Shown piece by piece: positions 23,108 through 36,800 of a stretch of DNA of 64,000 nt (positions within the stretch are counted from its first letter, which is position 1; each line of letters starts with the position of its first letter). The notes under the pieces are model-generated. The model was not told where the DNA came from and did not search any database. It saw nothing but the letters and a program-made list of their open reading frames with translations. The stretch covers positions 1-64,000 of the forward strand of contig LVLI01000201.1 of NCBI GenBank assembly GCA_001687465.1, in the 5' to 3' direction. A program made the position numbers and the translations under genes. Source of the DNA: Halocafeteria seosinensis (taxonomy: Eukaryota).

Positions 23108-26100
23108 ATGAAACAAATCATGGGAGCGGGAACCCCGCTGAGGTCCAGACCGTACTGGAGCTACATGCCAATCAGTTTGCTGTCGGCCGTGCTTCTTGCC
23201 CTCATCAGCTTCCCGAACGAAGCGTCCGCATCATTGCCTGTTGTGTACGTTTTCGAGTTCTCAATATTGACAGTGATTGGTCACCCGTGGTACCTCCAGG
23301 ACCAGGAAACTTACCGGGTTTGATGTGTCGTCAGCTTCAATTCATGATCACGTACGTTCTTTGCATGCAGAGCACAAAAGAAATGGAAATTCAATGAGAT
23401 GCTGCGATACGATGCGGACGGCGGCCGAAAGGGGGACTGCCTCTCCTTTGACTTTAGTAGCGTAACAGCTAACAATGAATTCAGTTTCTGGATACGCCCG
23501 AGGAACTCCACACTACTAAGGGATGACTCTGCCGAAATTAAGTAAGCAACTTATTCATTTGTAAAAGTAAACTGTAAATGAAATTGCGAGCTAGAGGCTT
23601 CTCGTTCTGCTTGCAGGTCGGTCGTCTCAGATGGTGGTTGGTCTTGTGTTGAATTCGAAACCGGACTCAGTGGGCAAATACAATATGTTTGGATGCAAAT
23701 TAGCGAAGAGGGCAATCATGGTGTCATGGCATCCGATTGTTCGGGTGATGAGCCATTGACTATGTATTGGTCTGAGATGCACAGTACGTTTCATCGCTTT
23801 CATCCCTTACTGATAGAACTCCGTTTGTTGACTTCTCGCTCTCTCTACAGATGCGATGTGTGGTGAAGTTCCTGAGGTCTTCCGGTATGACTCTACCCCC
23901 GCCACAATATTCTGGGCAGTCATATTCGTGTGAAGTGGTGATTGGTTCGTGTGTCGATACAGTGAGGAACACTTTCGGTTGAATTCGAAGAATGACCCTT
24001 GTGTGTCCTTAAATTTCGAAGAACAGAACCCCCAAGAGGCGCTGATTTCTATTATAAAAGCTGGGGAGATCAAAGGCACTATCATCAGTCCCCCATTGGG
24101 TGAGGTGAAAATGATGGCTTTTACTTCGAGGATTCTCAAGATAACTTTTTCCATTGGGTATCTCCAGAGCTTTGCACTCTAAGTTGGGTGATAGTGGTGA
24201 TTGGACATGCATGCAATTCGATATTCAACCTGGTGCCGGCTTTGCCATGTGGATGAATCCGTCGGATAATATGGCGTTTCTAGACAGAAATCCATCATCA
24301 CCTCCTTGTTTAGAAAATCACGTCCCTTCGGAATCGTCAGCTGTAGAAAGTAGGTGTTGCCCTCTGACGCATTCCCAGCTGTGCCAGACGCAACTTAAAC
24401 TAACCAATTCTTGCAGAGGGAAAGCAATGCCCAACATTACCAGTATCGTATGTTGGCACGAATGCCTCTGTTTTGGAGCCACTGGCAATTTACTGGGTGT
24501 AGCTACCGTGACACAGGTCGGAGGAGCAATTTAACCAGGATGGGGCATGTCGCTCGTTTGACTTTTCCGAAATGCCGGGTGTTGATGCGGGGAACCGCTA
24601 CTTCCGATACTGCAGAGATACAGAACAAACTTTAGCTAAGTGTATGTCAGCTGAAGTTATGTAAGTGCAAATTTGCGGTTTCGACTTGCTTTGATGATCC
24701 GTGAGTTATCTGCTTTGCTTCCAGAGAAATAAGCATTACTACTGATAGCAAGCAAGGGAGCAAGTTCTGTGTCTTCTTCCATTGGGAGCACAACGGAGGA
24801 GAAAACGTGTACCTGTGGCTTAATAGCAACGGTACACGTGCCGCAGAAGGTTCGAGTTGCGAGTCTGGAGGTGAGCCCGAGAGCTTAAATGAGGTTTCGG
24901 GTAAGCAAGGAATTGGAAATGGTGCGAAACTACATGATGAATTATGCTTTTATCTTGTGTTCCTACGTTCTCGGGGAAACAGAAGGGCGGTGCCCTGGCT
25001 TGCCCGATTCGTTGCAGTAAGTATTGATATGGCGTTTCCAGGGGAATACATTCTTAACTCTCGAATAATCATGGGTGATACAGAACCGTCATTAAGTTCA
25101 CCGACTTTGATGGTGGATGCCGTTCTTTTAATTTCACTGGAAATCCTCCAGCCGGTGGATCAATGGACTCTCGACGTCTCTACAGTCTGTTCCGGTATTG
25201 CAAGAATGGGCTCAAGAAGGACATAGAGATTGGTGACTTCTTTGATAGGGCATGTGACCCGAATGCACTCGTCGAGAGCATCAAGTGCGTAGCGACTCAC
25301 ATTTGTGGAGGGGAAACACTACCCTCGCCTAGTCGTATACCTGGTACATGCAGAAACGTCTACGAAGATTGGTATTGCATCGTATTCAACAGTTCCTTTG
25401 TTGAAGAGCGAACCGTGGCATTGTGGGTCACAGCGCAAGATGAAGAAGCCTTCTTGTCCGTGGACTGCGAAGATGTTCCGGCGCTCTCTATTCGTCGCAG
25501 TCCTGTTGCGGAGGACGGTACGTTTACCTCCGACGGTTAAACTGTGACTAAGCCCTCGCTCTAGCAGTAATCTCATTTGTTCTTCTTTACAGAAACAATG
25601 TGCCGAGCACTCCCACAAGAGCTACAGTACGTGTTGGCAAGGCTATACTTCGCTAACTTGGTCGGCAGTATAGTTCGTAACCCGTGACATGCAGAACGGA
25701 GCTTGTGATTTGGGATAAGAGTAGAATTTGTTCTTCATTGGATTTGTCTGCCCCGCTGTTTGGAGAACCCAGTGCGATCCGCCATTTCGATGATTTTGAT
25801 ATTTTCATTTACTGTGAAGGCGTGGGTGGTGAACGACAATGCACTAGGAATGCGACAAGTAGGGATGCGCCATTTACTGAGGAAAACGCTGTAGTAGAGT
25901 ACGTTGAGTGTGTAGCCATATGATGTGACTTCTCCTCTAGCGTTCTACCTGTTGATTTTGCTTCCTCCTTTAGGTCCTTTGGGCACGATAGAGACGATCT
26001 TGGAAACCTCTGGTTTTGCGTTAAATTTTCAGTTCCGTATTATCTGACAAATGAGGAGGCGACAAGGAGCGTCTGGTTGATGGAGGATGGATCCACGGCG

Positions 26101-28810
26101 ATTTTTGCCGATCCTGGTGAAGATTGCACTGACGGTTTGCCTCACAGTGGTTCAGCAGCGGAACTCTCGCGAGATAGCAGTAGGGTCAAACGTACGAGTG
26201 TTATATATTCGTTCGGTTAGTTCATGTCATGCCGTTTCGTTACGTTTGCGGGATGCTGCAACACAGATGGAATTTGTCCTGTTCTCCCGGAAACTTTACG
26301 GTATGCTTTCAGACTGACTAACTACTTCCTTGTTAACGCGCTCAATTATCTTCATTTTTGCGTTGCAGGAAAGCTAATAGGTTCTATCAAGGACCCAAAG
26401 ATGCAACTTGCGCGTCGCTGGATTTTTCAAACCATCCTGGAAGAAACCAATCAGGAGCGGACTCGTTCGAATTCTGCGCTGCCAATGGTCACTGTACCAG
26501 TGCTCTCCTAAGGTTAGTGTACATGCTCATCCTTGGGTAGCTTTTTTGGTTTATAAAGTTAGTCTCGTTTCAGAAATATCTTCACGGCCGGACAAGACTT
26601 ACTTTGTGTAGTGTTTGAGTTCCTATCCTCTTACGGGATAGAAGGAAAGGAACGGGCGTTTACGGTAGAGAGGAATGGACAAATGGGTATTATGGGAAAG
26701 AACTGCGGGACTGATTCTAGCCTTACTCGAATTGAAGATGGAATGTGTGAACGACTGCCCGGAGAGTTGCAGTAAGTCCCCGTTGCTCACATCCGTACTG
26801 TACACTCAATCATCTTCGCGTCGTGCAGACGGGGATTTTTTTTCCTCCAAGATGGAACCGAAGCTTTTTTCAATTTTTTCTGGAATCCCACTGAGCGACA
26901 ACGGGATTTTCAATTTTGCGAGAGATACGGACAAAATGAAGTTTGCGACAAATCAGCAGTTCTACAGTACGTGTAAACCCTCGACTTTGTTCTCCATCAG
27001 TTCCATAAACTTATGTGATACGATGCAGACATGTCACTAACCCTGATCCGTTTGATGGCAATAATGACGACAAGGATTGGTATTGCGTCAAATTTGTGTA
27101 TGATAGCCCCTATGGGGTAAACGAGGAACGGCATGTCTGGCTGAATCCCCATGCTCAAGGCTTTGACAAAGGCATCGGCTTTCTTGATGTTGACTGCTTT
27201 ATTCCTCCCTCAGTTCCTCCGAAAGAACAGGGAGACCTGGTACTACGAGGTGAGTAACGATGTAAAGTGAGTTATGCTCAACAGATTAGGAAAGTTGGCG
27301 CAACACGAACGCAGATGTGACTATAACTCCAAGTCCCGAACCAACGGAAGCAACCCCATCGGTGACTCCTACCAACCGGTCACCATCCCTAAGTAAGAGT
27401 CCATCGTCCGTTCCAGGAAGGACTGGGGAAACTGGAGAGATACGAATCGTTTCTCCTTCCCCGGCACCTATATGCGAACCCCAGACAGATGTACTTGGGG
27501 CGCTCAGCAATCTAGAAGATGGAATTGGAAGTGATACACTTCCGTTCCTTTTGATGGGAATGCCCAGCGACGATAGCATGATCTTAACTCCCAGTAGGGC
27601 ATCGGCCGATTGCCAGTCCGAACAACGACGCTTGGTCTGCACTGAGTGCGATGACGAACTGGCCGTAGGTACAAACGTCGCTTCAGTTACACGAGGAGCC
27701 ACGACGTATATTGCAGGGGAGGCATCCGGCGAAGATGGAAAGCTCCTGGCTCTAAACGTGACCAAGCACGAGGAGTTGGATGCAGAAACGGAATTATCAC
27801 CTATTCAAGTTGATGGCCGATCCGAATGCAATCTTGGAGAGGGCTTACGCCTTTTTGGTGCCGACAGTAATGGAAATCCTTTCATATCTGTTAAGTGGAC
27901 CGATTGCCTCCCTGCGGTTGTCTGGTTGCCCGAGGACGTATGGAATGGGGACTCGCAGGATCCAACTGCGACGATCACAACATCCTTTGATTATCAAGAG
28001 CCCGTATTCGCTGGGTCCCCCGATGGCGACTTCATTCTTGCTTTTGACACATTCAATATGGCACAGGAGGGTCTTGCTCGGGACTCAAAGATTTGCGCAA
28101 GCAATGTAGCAGGAGATGCAGTGTGCTCCGATGGGTTTAATGTTTCGACCGTGCGCGTCGACCGAGTCGACAGTGTTGTGTGGGTTAGGAGCGACAGGGA
28201 CCTATTGGTTATTTTTGGCCGCAGCGGAAGATGCCCAAACGGCGAATCTGTTTTGATGACCGAGCTTCATAATATTCCGAGCACAGCTAACGAACTTCCG
28301 CTTGCATACGTAACCTCCGAATTTATAAATGCTGCTGGCTGTCTCGACGGGTTTTCGAATGTTCAGGGAGCTGCAGCCAGTGGTACCCTTAACTCAAATC
28401 GACGAAGTTTGGTGGGTGACACTGCATCCATCAGCACGCTCGGGCACATTGCTGCGGACGCCTCAGGTGCATGTGAAGATGACGAAACAAAAGTGGACTT
28501 CATCATCAACGCTGAGAAGGAAGATTCCGATGACACATACACCACCTACAGTTGTGTGCGTACAGGGGCAGCCCCGGAGCCTAGCCCGGGCGCCGGTGGA
28601 GGAAGTGGTCAGAAGAGTGATGGAGCTTCTACCGCTACTATTGCTAGTGTGGTGGTTAGTTCTGTGGCTGGTCTTGGTATTGTTGCTGCAGCAATCATCG
28701 TGGCCAAGAGACGTTCTGGGAATGTCGAACGTGAAGAGAACTCTCAAGAGCTTCCACCTATTCATGATGCGTACGGAGTGGTCAAGAATCCCGTTCATGC
28801 GGTTAAGTAG
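23108..28810 (+). CDS. Multi-exon type I membrane protein with ~7 tandem Cys-rich modules, S/T/P stalk, Cys-rich domain and TM
   Basis: Signal peptide (SLLSAVLLALISFPNEASA); about 20 short exons spliced in frame via GT-AG introns; final exon 27315-28810 with TM IASVVVSSVAGLGIVAAAIIVA and tail ...KNPVH. Confidence 0.75.
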
Positions 28811-29426
28811 CTTCCCATTTCCCTACGTTCTTATAAATTCTGATTTGTATCCTTTTCTGCTTGTACATGTATCACATCACATGTACATCACGAACCACGA
28901 CTACTCTAACTATACACACAGTCGTAGTGCGCACTGACTACTGGTATATCTCAGGAAGCTCTACACGTACAGTAATTGAACCGGACTGAGTGTCAGCATC
29001 CTTCATCCGCCACTAAGGCAAGATATTTTGTACTCGCACAAGTGCTCTGTCCCCTCGTGCAAGCAGCGAGTCAGGAACACTTGCCATCCATCATCATCAC
29101 CATGGCTCCGGTAGTCCCCCTAACCATTTCTTGTCCTAAATCAATTTTTCCCACTAGAAGAACGTAGAGCAAGCGATCCTCACCGCCCCGAGGTGGAGGA
29201 GTCAAAAACTTCTCGAGTGGGTGGTACCGCTCCGAGTCTCCCTTGCAGTGTACAATTCCTCGAACGCCTTCCAACTTCACAAATTATGCCAAACTACGTC
29301 AGGGTCAAATATTGCCTATTCTATACAAGATATTGTCCGTTTGCGTCAAAAGGCACGAGGGATAAAGTTTGCCGAACCCAGTGGTGCTGTTGGAAGACTC
29401 TGAAACACGCACAGTCACTAGTAATA

Positions 29427-30118
29427 ATGAGCATAAGCGGTGGAATGCGAGCTCTGACGGCTGCAACTTGGCGTCATTCATGCTCCAGAACGATTACGCA
29501 CTCCCCACGACAAGTTCTCCGGTGCAGGAGTTGTGTACCAGTGCAGACATCCCGCTGGTTTAGCAGTAACATGAGTCCGGAAGAATTGGAAGAGAAAGCG
29601 CGTGTACGAGATGCTGAATTGGAGAACCATTACCATCAAATTAAAGTCGATACGCAGACGGAGGCCGAGAAAGATGCCATTCGCCGTCGGAGGCTCATTT
29701 TTAGGAGTAAACAAAGAGGGTGGTATGTGGCTTCCACATGTGTAAAGTAACGAGAAGAATGCATTTGTTCACATACTCCCGTCATCTCAGGTTGGAAGTT
29801 GATCTACTCTTGGGATCATGGGCTGAGCAACACGTACCACAACTCACGGAGCAGCAGTTGGATCAGTTCGAACACATTATGAACCAACAAACAATTGATA
29901 TTTACAATTACATGACCGGTAAAGAGACACCTCCTTCAGTAAGTATTACTAAGTAACTGTAGGCGAGTTTGTGTAGTGGTGGCCCATGATTAATGCATTG
30001 GTATTGTTTGCAGGAGCTCGAAAATGAGGTCATGCAAATGATGAAAAACTATACTCAATCGGCCCCAGCTAGCTCTCCTGAAGCATATGAAGGCATCAAA
30101 AAGTACATGTCCAATTAA
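29427..30118 (+). CDS. SDHAF2: Succinate dehydrogenase assembly factor 2 (Sdh5), mitochondrial
   Basis: R/S-rich presequence; RRRRLIFRSKQRGW|LEVDLLLGSWA; introns at about 29723-29790 and 29939-30013; TAA at 30116. Confidence 0.93.
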
Positions 30119-30244
30119 TACCAAACGAACACCGTGGGCCGAGCAGACTCTGTCAGTTTTCGTCTTCTCTACCATAGCGATACTCATGATCAATTTGTGT
30201 GAGAAATTACTTTGGTAGATTGTAAATCTTTATGTTCTGGCTGA

Positions 30245-30505
30245 GGGCAGTGATTTTGTTCATTCTGCTAAGTTGGTGTGTTGACACGCTGACTCAGGAG
30301 TAGGCAGGTAGCAAATACCTAGATGTAACTCTTCCTATTTCGATTATCACTGCAACTGTTTGGCGTAGCGGCAACCCCAATGCTAGTGAGGTGGTGACTC
30401 ACATTGCCGAAGTATTAAGGCTCTGTTAAGACGGGTGAGGGTGTAATTCCCATTTTGGCGAAACGACATGGACATGAGGATCACTCTGACCACATGCTAT
30501 TTTCT
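30245..30505 (+). ncRNA. Candidate structured RNA, unassigned
   Basis: Nested stems including G-U pairs, followed by a T run; no family recognised. Confidence 0.25.
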
Positions 30506-31225
30506 TCCCTTCTGTTTGCACTTGGCTTGAGGAGTTTACATGAATTATCATTCGAATGAAGATGAGAAACTGCTGGTAATCAGATAATACTAGCGAGAGT
30601 AGCAACAGTCAGTCACTCAAACAGCAACCAGATATTTTTTCTTGCCGTTGATACAATTGTAGGGTGATTTCAATCGATTTGCTTGCATCCGGGAATATAT
30701 TGTCTCCTGCATCATATCAAGTTTCTTAAGGGAAAATCCTGCATTGTCAATTTGTCATACATCGCAATCAACGGAAATTGATCTGTGTGGCTTTACAAAA
30801 CCTTCTACGGATTCCTGTGACAAACAGTGGATTGATCCCCAGACTCTGGAGATCCACAGTATTCTGCGGGTTTCCTCCGAGGAAAGCATGGTCCATGGGC
30901 AGCACCTCGTACAGTATGCTTTTCTCTCCCTTATTGTAGCGCAAAAACTAGTTTTAAAACGCTCCAACGATCGCGTGCCCAGAATTTGGGTGAATCCCTA
31001 ACTCCTTGCAGCAGGGACAACAGGATGAATTTCAACCATGATTTACAGGTACTCCAAGATGAGGACAGTACCGACCCTCAGACCATTGGCAATGTGACAC
31101 GTTGAGTGTTTCCAAGACTTCCTCAAGTTTGTGAAGCAATGGCCTGTTACCCTCACAAACGCATATTTGCATACATTCAGCACTTTAGAATTGACGTAAG
31201 GACTATCTGCACCACAGTTCATACA

Positions 31226-33128
31226 ATGGGCTACCTTGTGCGACAAACGGAAAGGCTATGGAACATGTACAACGTACCGAATAAGCTGTCGAAAATCCTG
31301 CGACCCCAGCTTGGAACGCGACTTTTCAGCACCATGTAAGGGTATTTACTGTTTTCATGAGATTTTTTTGGATGTTTCCACATTTTGTTCATATTCTCAC
31401 AGATCTTCGGCAAATAAGGGAGACTCGGCGCCGGCGTCATCACGCCGGAAATTCGTGGACCGTGTCCGAATTCAGGTCTCTGGAGGTCATGGAGGGCGAG
31501 GCGTACAGAGTTTTGAGAGTATGTGGAGCTATACACTAGATAGTTCCCACGTCTGAGCACCAAACTCGACCACTGTGCGCGCAGTTGTGCAAGCGAATAA
31601 GAAACGACGTGTCGGCGCGTCGGGAGGCCACGGAGGCGATGTAATCATCCGTGCAAGTCGGTCCCGCGAGGACTTAACCATGCAAACCTTTGTATACAAT
31701 GGTGGTGTGGGGAAAGACGCCAGTGGCAAAGGAAAAGCTGGACGAGCTGGGAAACACACATTCGTGGATGTGCCATGTGGAACAGTTGTCAAAGAAGTGC
31801 ATAGAGTACGTCAGCCCTACTCTGTGTATGTCCGCAAAAGTTTCACGGTGCACCAATCCTACAGACCTATATTCTGGAGGAAGACGATGAAGAAGAGGAC
31901 ATGGCAGCGGAAGATGCAGACATAGTTGAACATGAAGCAACCACAGCTAGCATACAACGAGATAGTCATCACAAATTACCGTACGTGAGCGCGATAATGT
32001 CCGGCCCGCATGTGATCAGGAGGCAATGGGTAAGGGCGTGTGCGTGCAGATATCGAGACGAACTAAACACTATAGCAGATTTGCAAGCCGAAGGAGACGT
32101 AGTACGTGTAGCCCATGGTGGTGAAGGAGGACTTGGTAATCGCAGCTTTGGAAAAGATGAAGAGTGGCCTGAAGTAAGGGAATCCCTCCACAATAGATGC
32201 TCATGTGGCGTAAGCTTACGAATATTGCTCCGAGACAGACCCCGCACATTGCTGGAACTCCGGGTGAATTGCGATTTCTGGAGTTGGAGCTAAAAGCTCT
32301 AGCAGATGTCGGGTTAGTAGGATATCCGAACACGGGTAAGCAATGAGAAAGCTGTATCGCAATCGTTATCTCAAGGTTGGAATATTACGCAACGTGTCCA
32401 GGCAAATCTACGTTACTCCGGGCTCTATCGAGAGCAAAACCGAAGGTTGCATCTTACGCATTTACCACGCTTAACCCTGTAATCGGGACAATTAAATATG
32501 AAGTATGTTGCAAACTTACGGCAGACTACCTGGGCCTGGATTCGTAGCGATGTGATTGGCACGGCCGCTGGTTGCAGGATATGTTCTCCTTAAGAGTCGC
32601 TGACATACCGGGACTAATCCGAGGAGCTCACGAAAATCGCGGCGTTGGCCAGGAGTTTCTTCGACATGTGGAACGCACAAGGGTTAGTTGATCCTATCAT
32701 GGTTATGCCGCCAATGAACTGAAGTCTTATTTTAACGAGAATCTATTGCAGGTGTTGATATATGTGATCGATGCCAGTGGGGAAAGGGAGACTGTTGATG
32801 CTTGCTCCTCGGGAGACCCAGTCGAGGACTTGCAGTACGTGGCATCAAGACATTGTCATTAGCCGCCATCTGCTGATGTGCATGCCGCTGCGATCACTTT
32901 CGCAGATCACTTCAAAGAGAGTTGCAATTATACAGCAAGACCCTCCCAAGACGTCCGTCTGTCATCATCGCCAATAAATGTGATCGGCCGGCCGCACTTG
33001 ACAACTTGCCGCGCCTACGGCAAGCTACCTCATTACCTGTTATCGAGTGCAGTGCAATCAATAAGTATAATGTACCGCTTATCGCAGAAAGTTTACGATG
33101 GCTTGTAGAGAACCATACCGAAAGGTGA
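31226..33128 (+). CDS. Obg-family GTPase, probably mitochondrial (MTG2/GTPBP10-like), multi-exon
   Basis: [63 protein letters not shown]. Start ATG could be 31226 or 31265. Confidence 0.92.
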
Positions 33129-33893
33129 TGGCGAAAGCCGGAACTGTAAGGTGAGCGAGTTCCAGTTTAATTCAGGATATTGATACCGCTTAGGCGTCGT
33201 CGGAAATACCCCAAAACTGCTTTCCTCAAGATGTTATTTGAAGGGCCCCTAAAGTCGCTGAAGCACAAAACCGACCTAAATCATTTGATAGGCTATTCAA
33301 CAAGTTAGCACTTCCACGTTTGGAAGATGGTTTACGGAATAGTATTGATCCAGCCCCGCATAAACAATTCAGTGTCTAGTTATCTTTTTTCGGGGGACCT
33401 GTGACTTGTAGTAAGATGCGAACTTTAGACTGCCCAGTGTCCGTGTTGCTTCAGAGAGTCTCTAGAGTAGATGGAAACAACAAAATACTGACTGCGTGAA
33501 CTCGAACACAAGCGCAGTAAATCAGTTTAATGGATGAATGTATGTACGTTTTCGCATACCGCTTCTGTTGTGGCCAAGGTTTGCTGCTTCCCCGAAGCAG
33601 CAGTGCAGCACTTCTTGACTCATCCAGGTAGGTGCCTGCACTGCCTGGTTGAAGTCATTCGGTCGCAAGACTCAAGTCCCATTGCAGTCCTTTCCGTGCT
33701 TCAGAAATCGATGGAGACGTTATGAATAACATTAATGTGTTGATAATAATGTCCCCGGGTGTAATGGAGTGCTTTTCAGAAGTGAATAAACGCGCTGATT
33801 CCTGGTAAAGTTGAGACTCAGCGCGCGCTTTTTCGTCACTTTCAGTACATATGATGTTATAACAAGGTTGTGCGAGTTTTTTTCCCCATCAAA

Positions 33894-36800
33894 ATGCTTC
33901 GGGGGTCATTCTCCACCAACCAGCTGCCGGGGAACGGGAGCGAGGTCAACGGCGAATCGTCGTCTGCGAGCGTTGGATCCACATTGATGTCGCAAAATCG
34001 CACTCCACAGCACTCTCCCCACAAAACTCAAGGAAACAGTAATGACGACCCTTTGGTCAAGAGGAACCCCGTCTGGGGGGACCAACATTTATTCCAAAAG
34101 CGAATGAAAGCGAAGGACAACCAGAAACGACAGGCGCAGAAATCGAAATCTTACGGGCGGTTACCGCCCGTGAATTCCGGTACACATACGGGACACGGTG
34201 GCAACGCGTCATTTCGGCGTCAAAATACGTCCGGAGCGTTAGCTCGAGGTCAGAGCTACGTGGAGGACCAAGGGGGCAAGCAACCGCCGACGCGGAAAGG
34301 AGCGGTCTCAGGGTCTGTCTGGGACATGGATGACGTTCAGTTCGTACAGGAGGACGACGAAGAAACAACGGAGAGTGGAAGTCAACCAGCAGGGAGCGAA
34401 AACGAGGGTACAGGATTCGAACAAGTTGAGGAAGAACTAAGCAATGCCTTTAGAAGGCTACTGGCGTCCTTCGACGACGTACCTGAATGTGCCACTGAGA
34501 AGAAGTTAAAGGACGAAGGCGAAAAAGGAAGGACTACAGAATCCAAACCATCGAAATCGTCACAGAGGATATCAATCCAGCAGCTTGCTGCAGATCAACC
34601 TTCTCGACCTGGACATGTAAGTGCTGACAAATGCTAAATACAGCCAAGAATGTTAGGTACATCGTACTACACCGTTGCAGACAATCACATCCTATGAATA
34701 TAAGAAAAAGAGGCAGGAAACAATGAAAGCGTTAGTCGAGGAGGTATGGCATGCATCTTTGAGCACTTCTTTTTGATAGAGCAACAGGTTCACACGAAGC
34801 TGAAGTATGCAGGTGTCGACAATCCGGGAGAGGATTAGCACATCCTTGAAAGGGCTCAATACAAAAGACAGCACTAGGAAACGCCCGTTGTCCGGTTCAA
34901 GGAGCCAGTTGAAACATGCGGCAAGTGAAGGAGCTATGGCTGTGGCCGACTCGGACAAGGCTGTTCAGAATTCACGGGTGAAAGCTTTGGAGGCATTCGA
35001 TGACCTGCTTGCAGAGAGTCTTAAGGTTCGAGAGGCTCAAGCGGCCCAGCTACAGGAAATCTACCAGCAGCAAATGAGTTTCAGTGACAGAGAAGAACAG
35101 CAGCGACTCTATGACCAGATGAAAGAACGAATGAAAGATATCCAGGAAAAATCGGACCATAAGAAAGAGCGATCCTCCAGTCCCATGCGGGCGAGCGCCA
35201 TGGCGAAGAGTTTCATGACGCAGAGTCACCGTGCTTTGCGTGACTCGTTGGAAAGCCGCGCAGCTGGTTCACGAGGCGATAGACCCATATTAGGGGCAGA
35301 GCTGTCGGTGTATTATCACTTGAAACGTGTTGGTACCGAATTAAGCTCGATGGAAAGCTCGAGAGAAGCTTCTCCTGAGGATTCAGCACTCCGAGCCCTG
35401 AGAGAAGTGAAGATGGGCTCACCAGACGGCGAGGCCGAACCCAATGTAGAAGACGATGAGGCTGCACAATTTGAAGAATATTTGCAGTCGGTACTGGCAA
35501 TGAGGCCCGATTTTGAAGGCTCAAAGCACAGAGCAGACAGTGCGAAGTAAGCCATTTTTTGTGGCAGCCTTGTTGCATTAAGAAACGGCATGTCTTCCGT
35601 ACGATGTCACAGGTCAAAGTTGGGCGATCTTTTACACAAAATCCGCTCCCAGCACCAACGAAAGATAGCGGAATACGAGAAAGAGGTAAATTTGTGTTCA
35701 GGATCTGGAAAAATTAGTATTAAGCATTACACTATAAGCTGTGTTCTTCGTTTGTGCACAGCTCGCCGAGCGTGATCAGCAAATCTTTCAGCTGAATGAG
35801 CGAGCCACCAAAGCGGAAAAGGCCAACGAAGACCTCTCGTACGAAAACAATGTCCTAGAGGCGCGCACAAGAGATGTTGATAGAATCGAGGAAGATTACC
35901 GGCAAAAGGTATACGACTACACGATAAAGCTGCAAAATCAGAAAGAAGAAATAGGCGACCTCCAAAATAAACTGGACAGGTCGCAGAGTGAAGCGGCGTC
36001 ATACCGCCAAAGGTCACTGCAAGCTAAAGAAGAACTCTCGCAATGGAAAGAGGCGTACAAGCAGAAAGAAGCAGAAGCAAACGAAGCGTTGGAGAAAGCA
36101 AAAACGATAACTACGGAACGGCAAACAATGCCTTCTGACGGTCTTTCTAGCGGCAGAACAGCAGACGGCTCTAGAAGAGAAGACGCCAACGTCGAGGAAC
36201 TGAGGGCCGAAATTGCGAGTTTACAAGATGAGTTGGGACGACGGGACAATATCGCGCGGCAGTACAAAAATGAGTTGGATGAGTTGAAAAAGCAAGAATC
36301 CGAAAAGGATGCGAGTGCCGAACCAGATCCGGAGCATGAAGAATTAAGGAGAGAAATCGAAGACCTGAAGAAGTCTCTAGAGCAGGCACAGAGTGACAAC
36401 GAGATAGCGGAGAGTGAGTGCGACACTATACAACAGAAACTATCGGCCGCGAATAAAGAAGTAGACGATCTCTACGAGCAGAAACGATCTGCTGAAACTG
36501 GATTATCGCGTTTAGAGATATCTCTGACAGAGCTGTTAAACCAGATAAAAGGGTACTCAAGCTTTGAAGGAGCGAACGAAGAGGTCGACAGTCAACACAA
36601 ATCCAGGGGCGGGAATGCCAATTTGGAAGGAAGAGTCGAACAGATTCAGCAATTGGAGAAGCTAGTGAGGAATGACACCCATCAGATGTGTACTCTATTG
36701 GATGAGAAGAACAAGGAAATTAATGAGCTTCAGAACCAAAACCAAAAAATGAGTGCGCGGATAGAACAAATACAACAGTCTAATGAAAGGAAACTAAAGC

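Noticed and set aside
23340..25085. In-frame TGA codons at similar positions in the Cys-rich repeats, suggesting selenocysteine or stop recoding
   Set aside because: Each falls within a typical-size GT-AG intron whose removal restores the frame (e.g. 23885-23962, 24448-24516, 25017-25083); TAA and TAG stops occur in these introns too.
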